Below are positions 25,701 through 37,014 of a stretch of DNA of 64,000 nucleotides, piece by piece; position 1 is the first letter of the stretch, and each line of letters begins with the position of its first letter. The stretch is from Lama guanicoe (taxonomy: Eukaryota), in assembly GCA_013239625.1 (NCBI GenBank), contig MU053873.1, forward strand, positions 510,524 through 574,523, given 5' to 3'. A model generated the notes under the pieces. The model had not been told where the DNA came from. It did not search any database and saw nothing but the letters and a program-made list of their open reading frames with translations. Made by a program: the position numbers and the translations under genes.

Positions 25701-27176
25701 AGGTGGATCCTTTCCTGGCTGGTTTTGCCCCTGATTTTCTTGTCCTTCCTGGTTCCAAATGAGGTCATGGGGCCAAAGCCACACCTTCCTGGATGGGGTA
25801 CCCAGGGCACCAGGCTCCTCTGTCCTTACCTGTATTCTCTCCTAGGACCCTGCTGGGGCAGGTGCAGTTTGACAGGCTCCTCCATCTGGTCTTGCCAGGG
25901 AGTCACATAACCAGAGGCCACACAGTGTGAAAGAACCTCCCTCCTGCCCAGACTGGAGACTGGGTAGACCGGGAGCCGTGGGATGTGGCAGAAGGAATGG
26001 TGACAGCTCTCATTCATCCTCAGTCCCCTGGCCCAGCACAAGGCCCGGCACCTAGTAGGCCCTCAGGAAACGCGTGTTGATTGAATGGATGTGCTTCTGC
26101 CAGTGGCACCAACCACCTGGACAAGCTTGGCCCCTTTCATGTCCTCTCTGCCTCTTTGCTCTCCAGCCCTCAATGTGGCAAGGAGAGCCAGCAAAGGGCC
26201 GAGGTCTGATTCCTCAGGTGGAAAAGGAGAGGTCACAGGCCCCCTCTTCTGGTGTGATGTGAAAGGTTCCCGTGGACTGATTTTCCCCTGGTCCTAATCG
26301 GATGTCTCCACACCATAGAGCCTCCATTACCCCAGCTAGGCTCCCCGCCCCGAGTTTACTTCTGCTTTCTCAGTGTTTCCAGGGCATGCCCGCCTTCTCT
26401 GTGCACATTTCTGCTCTTGGCCTGTCACCCCACGAGACTGAGTTCCATGAGGGCAAATCCACATCTTACTCTTTTCTGAATCTCTCCCCAGCCCAGCCTT
26501 AGCGCCCTGCCAAGCACATAGTAGGTCTTTAATAAACACTGTCAAAGGAAGCCAGATCCTCACCTACCGCAGGGGGACTGCAGTTCTGACCTGCCCCAGG
26601 CTCCCTGGCAGACAGCCCGCCAGACCCAGGCACCTGCCCCTCCCTGCACCAAAAGCCAGTTAATAGAAGATTTTTATGGACACTACGGGCTTTGTGTCTC
26701 TTCTTTTTTTTTTTTCCCCCCCACTACCCTTGATACATTCCAGAGGCCCGATTTCACAGCTAAGCTGGATTTTCTTGCCTGGCATCTCGTATTGATTTTC
26801 CCCTGCAGGGCTAGAAACTACATTCCACAGGTTTGAACGTCTGGCAGGCCGGGTTTTTCTACAGATCTGCAGAGCCACGAGTCAAGAGGCCTGAGTCCCC
26901 ACCAGAGCTGCGCTGCAGCTCACTGGGTTCCCAAACCGTCCCTCCCCTGCCTCTGAGTTTCCTCACCTGTGATATGACAGGAGTGAGACTTTCAGACCTT
27001 TTCTTGCCATGCAGTCTGGACTATTGCCCCACAGAACAGACAAAGGGCCGCTGTGCTCCATCAGGGGTGAGAGGAAGAGTCCAGGACCCCTCCTGGCCCC
27101 TCATACCTGAGGTCCCCTAGGGTTCCTCTGAGCTTGGTAGGAAATCTACCCTGTGGCCTTGATCTTTCTTAAAAAA

Positions 27177-27266
27177 TTTTGTTTTTAAGTGGAGGTACTG
27201 GGGATTGAACCTAGGACCTCATGCGTGCTAAGCATGTGCTCTACCACTGTGCTATTACCCTCTCCC
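27177..27266 (-). mobile_element. Vic-1-type SINE (short-tail form)
   Basis: GGAGGTACTGGGGATTGAACCTAGGACCTC...CTCTACCACT; flanks TCTTTCTTAAAA / TCTTTCTAAAA resemble a target-site duplication. Confidence 0.85.
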
Positions 27267-27389
27267 TGCTCTTTCTAAAATTTTTGTGTTTTAAAAGATT
27301 GGGATCACCCCAGGCCCTCTCTGGGAGTAACCAGTCAGCGGGTCGGGGGCTTACTAGCCCTCTCTCCGTGCCTTTACATACATAGATAG

Positions 27390-27790
27390 ATGTGTGCCCG
27401 CAGGATCGGGCAGCTGGTGTGTTTTGCTTTCTGCTTTTTGTACAGATGGGATCATACTGTGTGCCTTTTCCTGTGCTTGCTTTTCTCCTGAAGAATGTCT
27501 TAGAATTCTTCCTCCATCGGCACAAACAGATCGCCGTCATTCTTAAGAGCTGCCGCCCGGCGTTCTGTAGTCCGGATGCGGCCCAGGTCCTTTGGCCATT
27601 TCCCTCGTCGTGGACAGGAGTTACTCTCCACTTTCCACTGTTAAAACAACGCTGAGAAGAAAATCCCCAGTCCGACCCCTTTGTGCACATGGCCAGCACT
27701 TCTCCAGGGCAGACGCCTCTAAGAGGAGTTCCCTGGCCGATGGGTGGGCACATTTTACACTTGCACAGTTGCCCCTGGGATGCCCTCCAA
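27390..27790 (-). mobile_element. Old L1ME-like fragment, unusually GC/CpG-rich
   Basis: ATGGGATCATACT...CTTGCTTTT...TGGACA...CTTTGTGCACATG...GCACATTTT...TGCCCTCCA landmarks in L1ME order. Confidence 0.65.
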
Positions 27791-27950
27791 AGCGGCTAGA
27801 CGCCCCTTCCGGAGCTTGATCTCAGCTGTGCGGCCCGAAGCGGGGAGAAGTGAGCCGTGGTCTCTCAGACCCTTGTGCTGACCCCTCCTTCCCACACCTT
27901 CCAAGCCTGATGGTTTTCCCTGTCTCTCCTCGCTGTCCCCTCGACGCCAG

Positions 27951-28044
27951 GAAGGGGGAGAACACGCGGAGCCTGGTGAACGACAAGCGGGAGGTGCTGG
28001 CGCAGCGGCAGCGCTACGAGCAGTACAGCGTGGTGCTGGAGGAG
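27951..28044 (+). CDS. ASCC2: ASCC2 coding exon 15 (KGENTRSLVNDKREVLAQRQRYEQYSVVLEE)
   Basis: CAG acceptor, GTAGGC donor; 94 nt, phase 2-0. Confidence 0.94.
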
Positions 28045-28129
28045 GTAGGCGACCCGGGCCCGCTGGCCCTGCTGGGAGGGGAGACTGGCCAGCCCCGGGC
28101 CCCTCTCAGCCCCGCTTCTGCCGGTGCAG

Positions 28130-28260
28130 GTGCCGCTGCAGCCGGGCGAGGGCTCGCCTTACCACGGCGACGACTACGAGGACGAGTACGATGACACATA
28201 CGACGGCAACCAGGTGGGCGCCAACGATGCTGACTCGGACGATGAGCTCATCAGCCGCAG
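28130..28260 (+). CDS. ASCC2: ASCC2 coding exon 16 (VPLQPGEGSPYHGDDYEDEYDDTYDGNQVGANDADSDDELISR)
   Basis: Follows an 85-nt intron; conserved YEDEYDDTYD motif; GTGAGG donor; 131 nt, phase 0-2. Confidence 0.96.
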
Positions 28261-28771
28261 GTGAGGCTGGAGGGATGGGGCAGAGCGGCCCTCCCATACG
28301 CTCTTGTTGATACGCAGCAGGCGGGGAAGCCAAGGCCCAAACCCTGGCCTCCTGACCCCACCCCCAGCCAACCTCTGTGCCAGCTGGTCCAACCTACCCT
28401 GTGAGTGAGGGAGCAGTTATTTGGTCTTATGCAGGAGTTTTACATTTTTCTTCTTAACTGTGGAAAACTTTTCCCAGGGGAATCTTACGGAGCTCGCTCA
28501 GTTCCCCAGTAAAAGCAGAGCTGCCCTGACTAGAGAGGACTGGAGACCCCCCATGGCCCCAGCTCAGCCTCCTCTAGGCCCCCTGCATCAGACCCTGGGA
28601 CCCTCGCAGAATCCAGGGGCTGGAGCAAAGCTGGCTTCAAAAGTGCTTTGATTTTTTCCCCACCTCCCAAGCCCTGGCAGCCCCTCTCATCCAGCAGGAT
28701 TCCCTCCGCCCTGCGGCTCTCTCTCTAGGTTTAATCTAGTCTTTGATTTCACTTTCTCTCTAAACCCTCAG

Positions 28772-28868
28772 GCCCTTCACCATCCCTCAGGTGCTGAGAA
28801 CCAAAGTGCCTGGAGAAGGGCAGGAAGAGGACGAGGACGAGGAGGAGGCTGAGGATGAGGCCCCCAAG
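28772..28868 (+). CDS. ASCC2: ASCC2 coding exon 17 (PFTIPQVLRTKVPGEGQEEDEDEEEAEDEAPK)
   Basis: CAG acceptor, GTACCT donor; 97 nt, phase 2-0. Confidence 0.95.
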
Positions 28869-29622
28869 GTACCTCCTTGGCAGGTGGCAGATGGAAATGG
28901 GGGGTATAATTCTGAGGGGCGAATCAGGAGCTGCTCCCCCACTCCTTGCATCTCGCCTTAAGGCAGGTCCAGAACCACTGCCCAGGGTGGGAGCAGGGGG
29001 TCCCTTTGAGCCCAGGATGTCTGCTCGGAGAGCTGCTGGCTTAGAATCCACCTCTGCTGCCCTTTGAGGGCCCAGGGGATGGATCACAGGCCGGGTCTTT
29101 GAGCTGCTGGGTTCATTAGGCCCAGGAGCCTGGGGGCCAGGAAAGGGGGCAGCTGTCGACCTCCGTGCCCGGGTTGGCAATTCTTAAAATTAGAGAGGCA
29201 TTAGAGCCCAGAGGGCCCTTTGGAGGTCATCTGGGATGGCGGGTTTGAAAAATTCTAGTTTTTAGCCGTGAAACTTTTTCTTCAAATGAAATCTTTTATT
29301 TTTTCAAATGAAATCTTAACTAGAACCTCATATAAAACAGAAAGAAGCAGTGCTGCCCAGGTTGAATGGGGCAGCAGCCGGGGACCCCTGGATCCCTCAT
29401 GCACTCCTGCCAGGGTGACAAATTCAGATGTGTCCAGGGCCAGGCCACCAACATAATGAGTAGCAAGGCCTGACAGAAACGCTCCCTTCTAGGGCCTCGC
29501 CCTGCTGTGCTGTGGCATCCCCCACTCCTGGCATGGGGGCATCACCAGATGGGGCCAAGGACAGCCTCACCACAGCTTAGGGAAATGGGGCAGCTCATTC
29601 TTTTCTCCCCTCCCCTCCCCAG

Positions 29623-29702
29623 CCCGACCATTTTGTGCAGGACCCTGCGGTGCTGCGGGAGAAAGCAGAAGCCAGGCGCATGGCCTTCCTGGCCAGGAAA
29701 GG
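29623..29702 (+). CDS. ASCC2: ASCC2 coding exon 18 (PDHFVQDPAVLREKAEARRMAFLARK)
   Basis: Pyrimidine tract plus CAG, GTGAGC donor; 80 nt, phase 0-2. Confidence 0.96.
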
Positions 29703-31001
29703 GTGAGCATTTAAAGAACTGTTTCGGTGGGAGGGAACCCATCTGGGGAAAGCCCAGCCAGTCATCCCAGAAGCCCACATATAAACCCCAAGTGCTTTAC
29801 ATGTGTTAATTGAGCTCTGGCAACAAACCTATGAAGTAGCTACTATGATCATTACCCTCATTTTACAGGTGAGGAAACTGAGGCCAAGACATGTTAAGTA
29901 ACCTGCCAATGGTCACACAGCTGGAGGTGGTAGAGCAAAGATTGAGTCCAGGTGGTCTAGCTCTGGGGTCCACACTTGTAACCATTACTTGTTAGACACT
30001 ACGAGGGGTTTATCCCCTAGTGTGGGAACACGATGTGTTACAGCTGGCTGGTGTCAAACTGTAAAACATGGGAGAGCTCAGACACACAGGCAGATACGCA
30101 TACATCCTTTATGACTGAGACAGGCGTGATAGGGACAGGGGCATATGAGCTGGGACCTTAAAAGTGGAAAATGTGCAAAGGACTTTGTCATGTGAGGGCA
30201 AAAAGGCAAGAAAGCTCAGGGTGGTCAAAGGGATCTTTGGAGGAGACCTGGGAACAGGTACCAGAGACCCCTCTTATTCACCCCCTTGTCTTCCCCATGG
30301 GGCCAAGGACCTGCCCCAGGTCCCTCCTCCACTTAAGGCCAAGCCAGGGGTGGTAGCCCAGTCCCCTGCCCTGGCCCTGAGACTCTCATAGCACTGCCCA
30401 CTGGATGCAGGGGCCCTCGCCAAGGGGGAGGGCATTGGATCTCATTCTGAAGGCAGTGGGGAGCTCCAGAAGTTTGTTGGACAGAGAACAGAGCAACTCT
30501 GATTTCTGATCCATCCCAGCCCCCTGAGCACAGAGCTCTGGGCACCCCCAGCAGTTGAGATGGTCTGAAGAGGCCCTAGGTCATATCTGAGTGCACTTGG
30601 TCTTTGGAGGTCACCAAGCAAGGCCCTGAGGTGTAGAGCAGGAGTCTTAGCTCACCCTTAGCATGTGGCCCTGGATGGAGAAGGTAGGGGATCCATCCCC
30701 AAGCCCTCCTCCTCTCCTTGTTATGGGCTGCGGTCAGCCCACTAGCTGGTCAACCCTCACAGCTTAGCCAGGGGCCCATCTGGAGGCAAGGCAGCAGGCA
30801 TGGGGCTGGCAGGAGCCCCCATAGCCCTGCCCCTGCCAGGCTGCATTTCTTCTCCCACCAGAAGCTGGGACATGGGTGTCCTGGCCCATGGGATAGGGCT
30901 GTGTCCTCTCCCAGGGACCTCCAAGGACAGCGATGGGCTCTTCCCTTCAGGGCCTCCACTGGCTGATGGGGTTCTTCCAAGGTGGGTTGTTCCTCCCTCA
31001 G

Positions 31002-31173
31002 GTACCGGCATGACAGCTCGGGGGCAGTGGCCGGCAGCCCCCGGGGTCAAGGACAGAGCCGGGAGACAACGCAGGAACGCAGGAAGAAGGAAGCCAACAA
31101 GGCGACTCGAGCCAACCACAACCGGAGAACCATGGCCGACCGCAAAAGAAGCAAAGGCATGATTCCGTCCTGA
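31002..31173 (+). CDS. ASCC2: ASCC2 last coding exon (YRHDSSGAVAGSPRGQGQSRETTQERRKKEANKATRANHNRRTMADRKRSKGMIPS*)
   Basis: CAG acceptor; TGA at 31171-31173; basic C-terminus typical of ASCC2. Confidence 0.96.
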
Positions 31174-31538
31174 GGCTGCTGCGCCAGGGCCAGCGGGCCT
31201 GCGAGGCTGAGTTACTGCTGCCTGGGGCCTCCTCACCAGTTGGCCCCCTGCTGGGGCCCCAAGTTCAAGTCCTCCTCTCAATAGCCTCAGCTTTGCCACC
31301 CCTGAGAAGGCTGCCTCCTCATCCACAAGCCAGCCGTGAGCGCCTTCCTGCAGAACACACAGTGCCTTATCCCACGGCGGAGGAACCCATGGGGCCGGCG
31401 AGCAGGTGAAAGGGAAGGGGACAGAGCCCCTAGGCAGGTCCCCCCAAGCCTCGTGCAGCAAGACGCCACCTCCCTTTCTCCCTGGATGGCAGGAAACCTG
31501 TATATTCAAAAACAAAAAACAAACAAAAAAGGCCTGCA

Positions 31539-31544
31539 AATAAA
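31539..31544 (+). terminator. ASCC2: ASCC2 polyadenylation signal AATAAA
   Basis: First AATAAA after the stop codon (~365 nt downstream), followed by T-rich sequence. Confidence 0.8.
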
Positions 31545-34500
31545 GTTTTTGACCCTTTGAAGGAGTGATCCCTGATGGGCCCACCACCCGCTCCCCGTGT
31601 CCTGTTTCTTCAGTGACAGCCACCATCGGGAGAGGAAGCGGGCAGGACCATGCCCTTTTCATCAGCTTTTCGTGCTTGCCTCTCATTTCAACCCCTCCTG
31701 ATCCCACTCTGCCTGCTGTGTGGCCCTGAGAACATCACTGCCCTCTCTGAGCCTCCGGTCCCTGCCTGTGGAAGGAGGGGCTGAGGGTATGAGGCCCTAC
31801 AGTCCTTTCCGTTATCTGGTTCAGTCCCCATGACCGCCACCCTAGGAGGTAGGTACTGTTTTCAGCCCCATAGTACACATGTGGAAGGCAAGGCACTGAG
31901 AACTGAAGGTCCCAGGCCCCAGCCAGGAGGTGCGAGAACAGAGATTGGACGCTCAGTGCCTTCTTTGTACCCTGGCCTCTATAGGGTCCTAGATCCCATG
32001 GGTGGTGTTGTCTCCATCTTATAGCTGGCCTGAGGACAGTTGGCCAGCGGCAGAGCCAGTGCCAGAACTCAGCGCCTCCTGGTTGCACATACACTCCATT
32101 AAATCTTCCAAAATCAAGGGCCCAGAGACAGGAAGAAGCAAACGAGGATGTCACTGCCAAGCCCCACTGAAGCAAGTGGGACTTGGGCCTTATTCCTCAA
32201 AACCCCCTCCCAGTCATGGCCAGCCAGCTCTTAGCGTGGCCACAGCTGCCGGGGTCCCAATTCCTGGGCCACCTAGAATGTGGCCAAGCTGTGGCAGATC
32301 AGCAGTGGGGCATTTGCTGGGCTGATTCCCGCCCAGCCTGGCCCAGAGTCCATCAGCAGAAGGCAGGGTCCCTGCCCAGCTGGACCTTGACAGATCACCT
32401 TAGACGCTAGTACAATTGAGTTGCACGTGGTTAGGGTGAGCGTCTGAAGCAGCGAGGCAGACAGGCACTTGACGAATTGGTTTTGTTAGGTCAGCCCGCA
32501 CAAGTGGAAATCAATAGCAATTCCTCTGTGTCGCGCCAGTCCTCTCGGCATGTTTGAGTTGCAGAGCAGATGTGGGGGTGGTGTCCTCCCCTCACGCTGT
32601 CAGATTAGCTGAGATCAGGCCCCGGGTCGGCCATCCTGACAGGCAGCAGGAAGACTCTGTTTCCTCCCGGAGGCCTTTGCCAGGGACGGAGCTCAGCGGC
32701 AGGCCCGGTTTTTTTTGTCTCACCGAGCTGCTCAGGCCCAGCGCTTGGCTCTGGAGTGAAGTGAAGCGGGTTGGGCAGCTCCTGGGCTTCACCTGCCTTG
32801 CCTGTTACTGTTTATACAGCCCCTCACACCTTCCTTCACTTTCGTCATCTGCATCTCCTGACCACCTGGAGTTCAGGCTTCCCCTGACCATCCTGGTTTA
32901 AAGGATTTGAGGACAGGGTGATTTTTCATATTTGCCAGGATGTAGTGCCAGGTCAAACTCAGTCTCCCCTAAGGAATCACCTCAGGGTGATTTTCCATTT
33001 CAGATCATGAGGGCACCCTTTCAGGGATGCTTTGTAAACAGCTCAGGGGACATCCAGAATAGTGCTGGCAGGCTTACCCTTTTGCCTCTTGGGGCCTCAG
33101 CTTCCCTATGTATAAAGTAGGGATATGTTGGACCAGACCAGTGGTTTCCACTTGATGCCAGTTGGATCCTCCAAGGAGGCCCCAGGGTTTAAGATGGGCA
33201 GCTTAAAGTGAGCAGGGTGGGGGCTCCAAACCCCTCTGGGTTGGTCACTGGGCCCCACCTCCCCCATTACTGCTCCTAAGCAGGAATTTTCTAAGTGCCT
33301 TCTCTGTACCCTGGCAGAGAACCTGACCATCACAAGCATTTCCCAGGAAGCTTTTAAGACCTTGTGCCTCCGAAAGGACTTAAGACTTGAGTGTCTTTGT
33401 TTCCAGTCCATGAGTGGCAATGATGTTAGACATGTTTGAACAGCACACTTGTGCCTCTGTGAAGCAGGTGGGCAGGGCCTGTCATCCTTAAAAGGGGCTC
33501 CGGGAGCCCAAGGAGGACAAATAACTTGCTCAGAGCCCATGGCAAGTTAGCAGCAGAGCCTGGATGCAGATCCTTTCTGAGACAGCCAGGTTCCTCCTGG
33601 AGGAGTAAATGCTTGGCAGGAGCCTGCCTGTCCCAGCCACACCAGGAGCTTGTGTGAAATCGTACAGGGAGCAAAAGAAACAAAAGTAAACTCACCAAAA
33701 GTGCAGGGGGGTGTTGCATAGCCCTTAAAAATGATGTCAGTGGTAGCCACATGAGAATCTAAATATTCAAGTTTTTTTTTTAATTTTAAGAATAGATTTG
33801 AAAGCAGAATACATGATGGTAATGCACCATGATTGTGAAAATGTTAGAAAAAAAACTTTTTAGCATTTTCCCCAAGTCTGGAAAGGAATGTGCATAATTG
33901 AAAATGATGGTGGGAGCATGGATGAGGGTCGTGGTGAGACCACAATCATTTGTAATTAGAATAAAAGCGCTTACTGAGCACCTCCCGTGGCCAGAGTTTC
34001 TGCTTGGCTCATTCCTTGCATTACCTTGTTTACTCCTCACACAGTAAGTCCAGATGAGAAAACCGAGGTGTGGAGAGGGTAGGTTGCCTGCCTAAGGTCA
34101 CACATTTAGCAGGTGACCAAGGGAAGATTCAGTCCCAGGATTGTCTTCTAAAGCCAACTCTTAACCCTGAAGCCACCTGCCATTTCTCTCTTTCCCCCAG
34201 ACTCACATCCTTGTGAATACAGTTCTTACAAGAAAGAAAAACACAAGTAAAAACAGCTGCAGAACCAGAGGATGGGAAATGCTATTTCATCGGGCCAAGC
34301 AATGAGCCCCAATTATACATGTATGTTGGACCAGTTGACACTGTCCTGCAGGTCTCAGATGTTCTGTTCCATTTTTTGACTTTCTGTTTTCAAATTCGTT
34401 TATCCTTTCCTCTGCATCCAGTCTGCCATCAAGCCTGCTGAATGATTCTTCATTTTTGTGTCCAGTCTCTTTCTAGGGGAAGTGGGAAAAAGGCTGGAGG

Positions 34501-35463
34501 TAGAACATTCTCAGCTAAGATGGGGATGGCAGAGGCTGGGGAGCACTGCGGCCTGGGAAGGGGCTAAGAGGCGGGAAAGTCAAAGGATCCAGGGTGAATG
34601 TGGGAGGTGGAGGAAAGGGAGTGTGCCCCAGAGTTAGAGCCACAGGCCAGGCCAGGCCATGGCCCAGGCATCTGTCCAGAGCAGCAGCTCTGTGTTTGCT
34701 GCCTGCCTCAGGGCTTGGGGTGTAGATGGTCAGGCCGGCTGGAGGGTCAAGGAGGGGAGGACAAGTGCATCTCCTCAGCACACATTTACCAAGGCCCACG
34801 GGGCATGTGTGAGAAAGACCCGACTCTGCCCTCATGGACTACACAGTCCAAGGGGGATCTGGATGTTAAGACATTTTGGAAAAATGATTAGTAACAGTTA
34901 TGCTAATTCCTAATAAATAAATGAATGAAGAAATGAGTAGGCAGGGTCAACAGAGTCTGAGAGCAAAGAGACTTTCCGGAAGCAGAGGCTGGTGATCACA
35001 CCGTCAGGCAGCAGCCAAGAGGTCAAGCAGGCCAAGGCAATGGGGCTCACTGCCCAGCTCTGCCAGAAAGTGGAGGGGAGGTAGCCAGTGGGAAGAGTGG
35101 GAAATGAGGAAGAGAAGGCAGGAGAGTGGGCCCATCTAGAAAGGAACTTGACATCAAAGAGAGGGAAGAGGGGACTCAGAGGTGAGGAGGGAGTGTTAAA
35201 ACCCAGAGCATGTTTACAGGATATTCAGAAGGAGCCAGGGAGGCACCCAGGAGCCACCTCCCCCACCACCTCCTGCTCCAGGGGCAGGCCAGTCCCCAGG
35301 GAAGGGGGGGGTGGAGCCAGGGCCCATGTGAATTTCTCAGATCAGCCGGCCATCACGTCTTATCTAGATCTCTTTGTGTCCAGGGCCGCAGGGAGGGGCC
35401 TTGACTGTGGTCAGAGGCTACTGCAATTCTGTAGCCTGAACCAAGATAAGTTCAGTCTAAGGG

Positions 35464-35497
35464 GAAAAGAAAGAAAGAAAGAAAGAAAAGAAAAGAA

Positions 35498-35536
<39 letters not shown>

Positions 35537-35560
35537 GAAGGAATGAAGGAAGGAAGAAAA
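35464..35560. repeat. (GAAA)n/(GAAAA)n/(GGAA)n compound polypurine microsatellite
   Basis: Direct reading. Confidence 0.95.
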
Positions 35561-36721
35561 TGGCAAAAAAAAAACAGCCTAAAGTTAACCATCTCCAGCA
35601 CTATATGTGTCTGTGATGGGGAGCAGTGGTGTCTTCCAATGAGCATGAAATTCCAACTTCACATCATACTAGAAATTCTCTTCCAACGATCAACAATCAT
35701 CAAAAGAACTTTACACAGACTGGCAGAACGTGGACACCCTTAAAGGGCATTTAGTCTAGAGTTTCTCAACCTGTTTAAAACCCCCTACCTGCCCCAATCT
35801 CAGGCCCTGGGATTTCAGACTCCGCCTCCTTCCCTAGGGGTGGGGAGAGTCGCCCTGCTTCAGAATTTACTGGGTTTCTGTGGGTCTCCCAGCCATGGAG
35901 GTTGTGTGGAGCTTCACTGGGTGTGGTCTGAATCACAGAAACAATGGGCGCTGAATTCTTGTTCTCCAAATATGAAATTATGACCCTGAGTGTGCTTTTT
36001 CTGGTTGCAGGAGCCCACCCCTCAGCAATCTGACATGTCCCTTACGTGCTCTGCCATCCCAAGGGGGTAATTATGGTTTTCTCCTCCTTAAAGTGGTTTT
36101 CACAGAAGAGCCTGGCACAGAGAAGGAGCCTCCAGTGGGATAAGCGCCAATCCTCCCTGTACACTGAGGAATTTTATTTGCAGAGATTACACCCAGGCCC
36201 CAGCCCTGTCTTCCATTTCATGGTCTGATCTACTTAGCGTTCTTTCACACGCACACTCCCAGGTCCCGCAGGTGCATCCTTTTTATTGTTAATTTGCTCA
36301 TAAATGTTGCCAGTGGTGGTAAAAATTTTTTAAAAAGCAGTGGATTAAGGGTCAGGAGGCTGGGGTCTGGACCCTATCCCTCAATAAGCTGTGTGACCTT
36401 GGGTCCGTCACGTGGACTCTCTGGGCCTTGATTTCTTTTGCGAAATAGGGATCATCATTCTCCCAGCCCTCTTGCCTCACGGGGACCTATAGCTGTGCAG
36501 GTCACATGAGATCACAACTGGGGGAATAGTCTGAAAGCAATGACCCTTGTTCAGCCGGGAGAGATGAAAACCTTGTTTCCTCTGCATTTGGAGCAGTTTC
36601 CGCCTCTGTCCCTTTTTAATTCCCCCGCCAGAAACCTCCTTGCACAAATCACCTGTTATTTCCAGGGGTCACATTTCTAAATGTGGGTTCCCAAGGCCAC
36701 AAACAATTTTAGAGGTACCTC

Positions 36722-36862
36722 TGTTACCAGAGATCGAGCAGGAAAGAATTCCAGAGTGAGCCATAGTAAAGTACAAGCAGATTTATTCCGGAAGATACAC
36801 ACTCCATAGACAGAGTGAGGTCCAGCTCAGAAGGGAGAGTGGCCCAGGAGCAGGGGCTCATC
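36722..36862 (-). mobile_element. Probable ERV LTR 3'-end fragment
   Basis: On the minus strand: AATAAA followed ~60 nt later by a terminal GGTAACA. Confidence 0.45.
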
Positions 36863-37014
36863 TTATTTTGTTTGTTTTGTTTTTGTTTGTGGGGGGGAGG
36901 TAATTAGGTTTATTTATTTACTTATTTATTATTTTAATGGAGAGTCTGGGGATTGAACTCAGGCCCTCGTGTATACTAAGCATGTACTTTACCACTGAGC
37001 CACACCCCCCACCC
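36863..37014 (-). mobile_element. Vic-1-type SINE (long-tail form)
   Basis: CTGGGGATTGAACTCAGG...TACCACTGAGC plus GGGAGGTAATTAGGTTTATTTATT tail module. Confidence 0.85.

Noticed and set aside
30757..31707. 316-aa antisense ORF over the ASCC2 last exon
   Set aside because: Non-ATG start, GC-rich shadow frame with low-complexity composition, and no independent coding signal.
35088..35646. ORFs with K/E/R-rich or F/L/S-rich tails
   Set aside because: Translations of the GAAA microsatellite.
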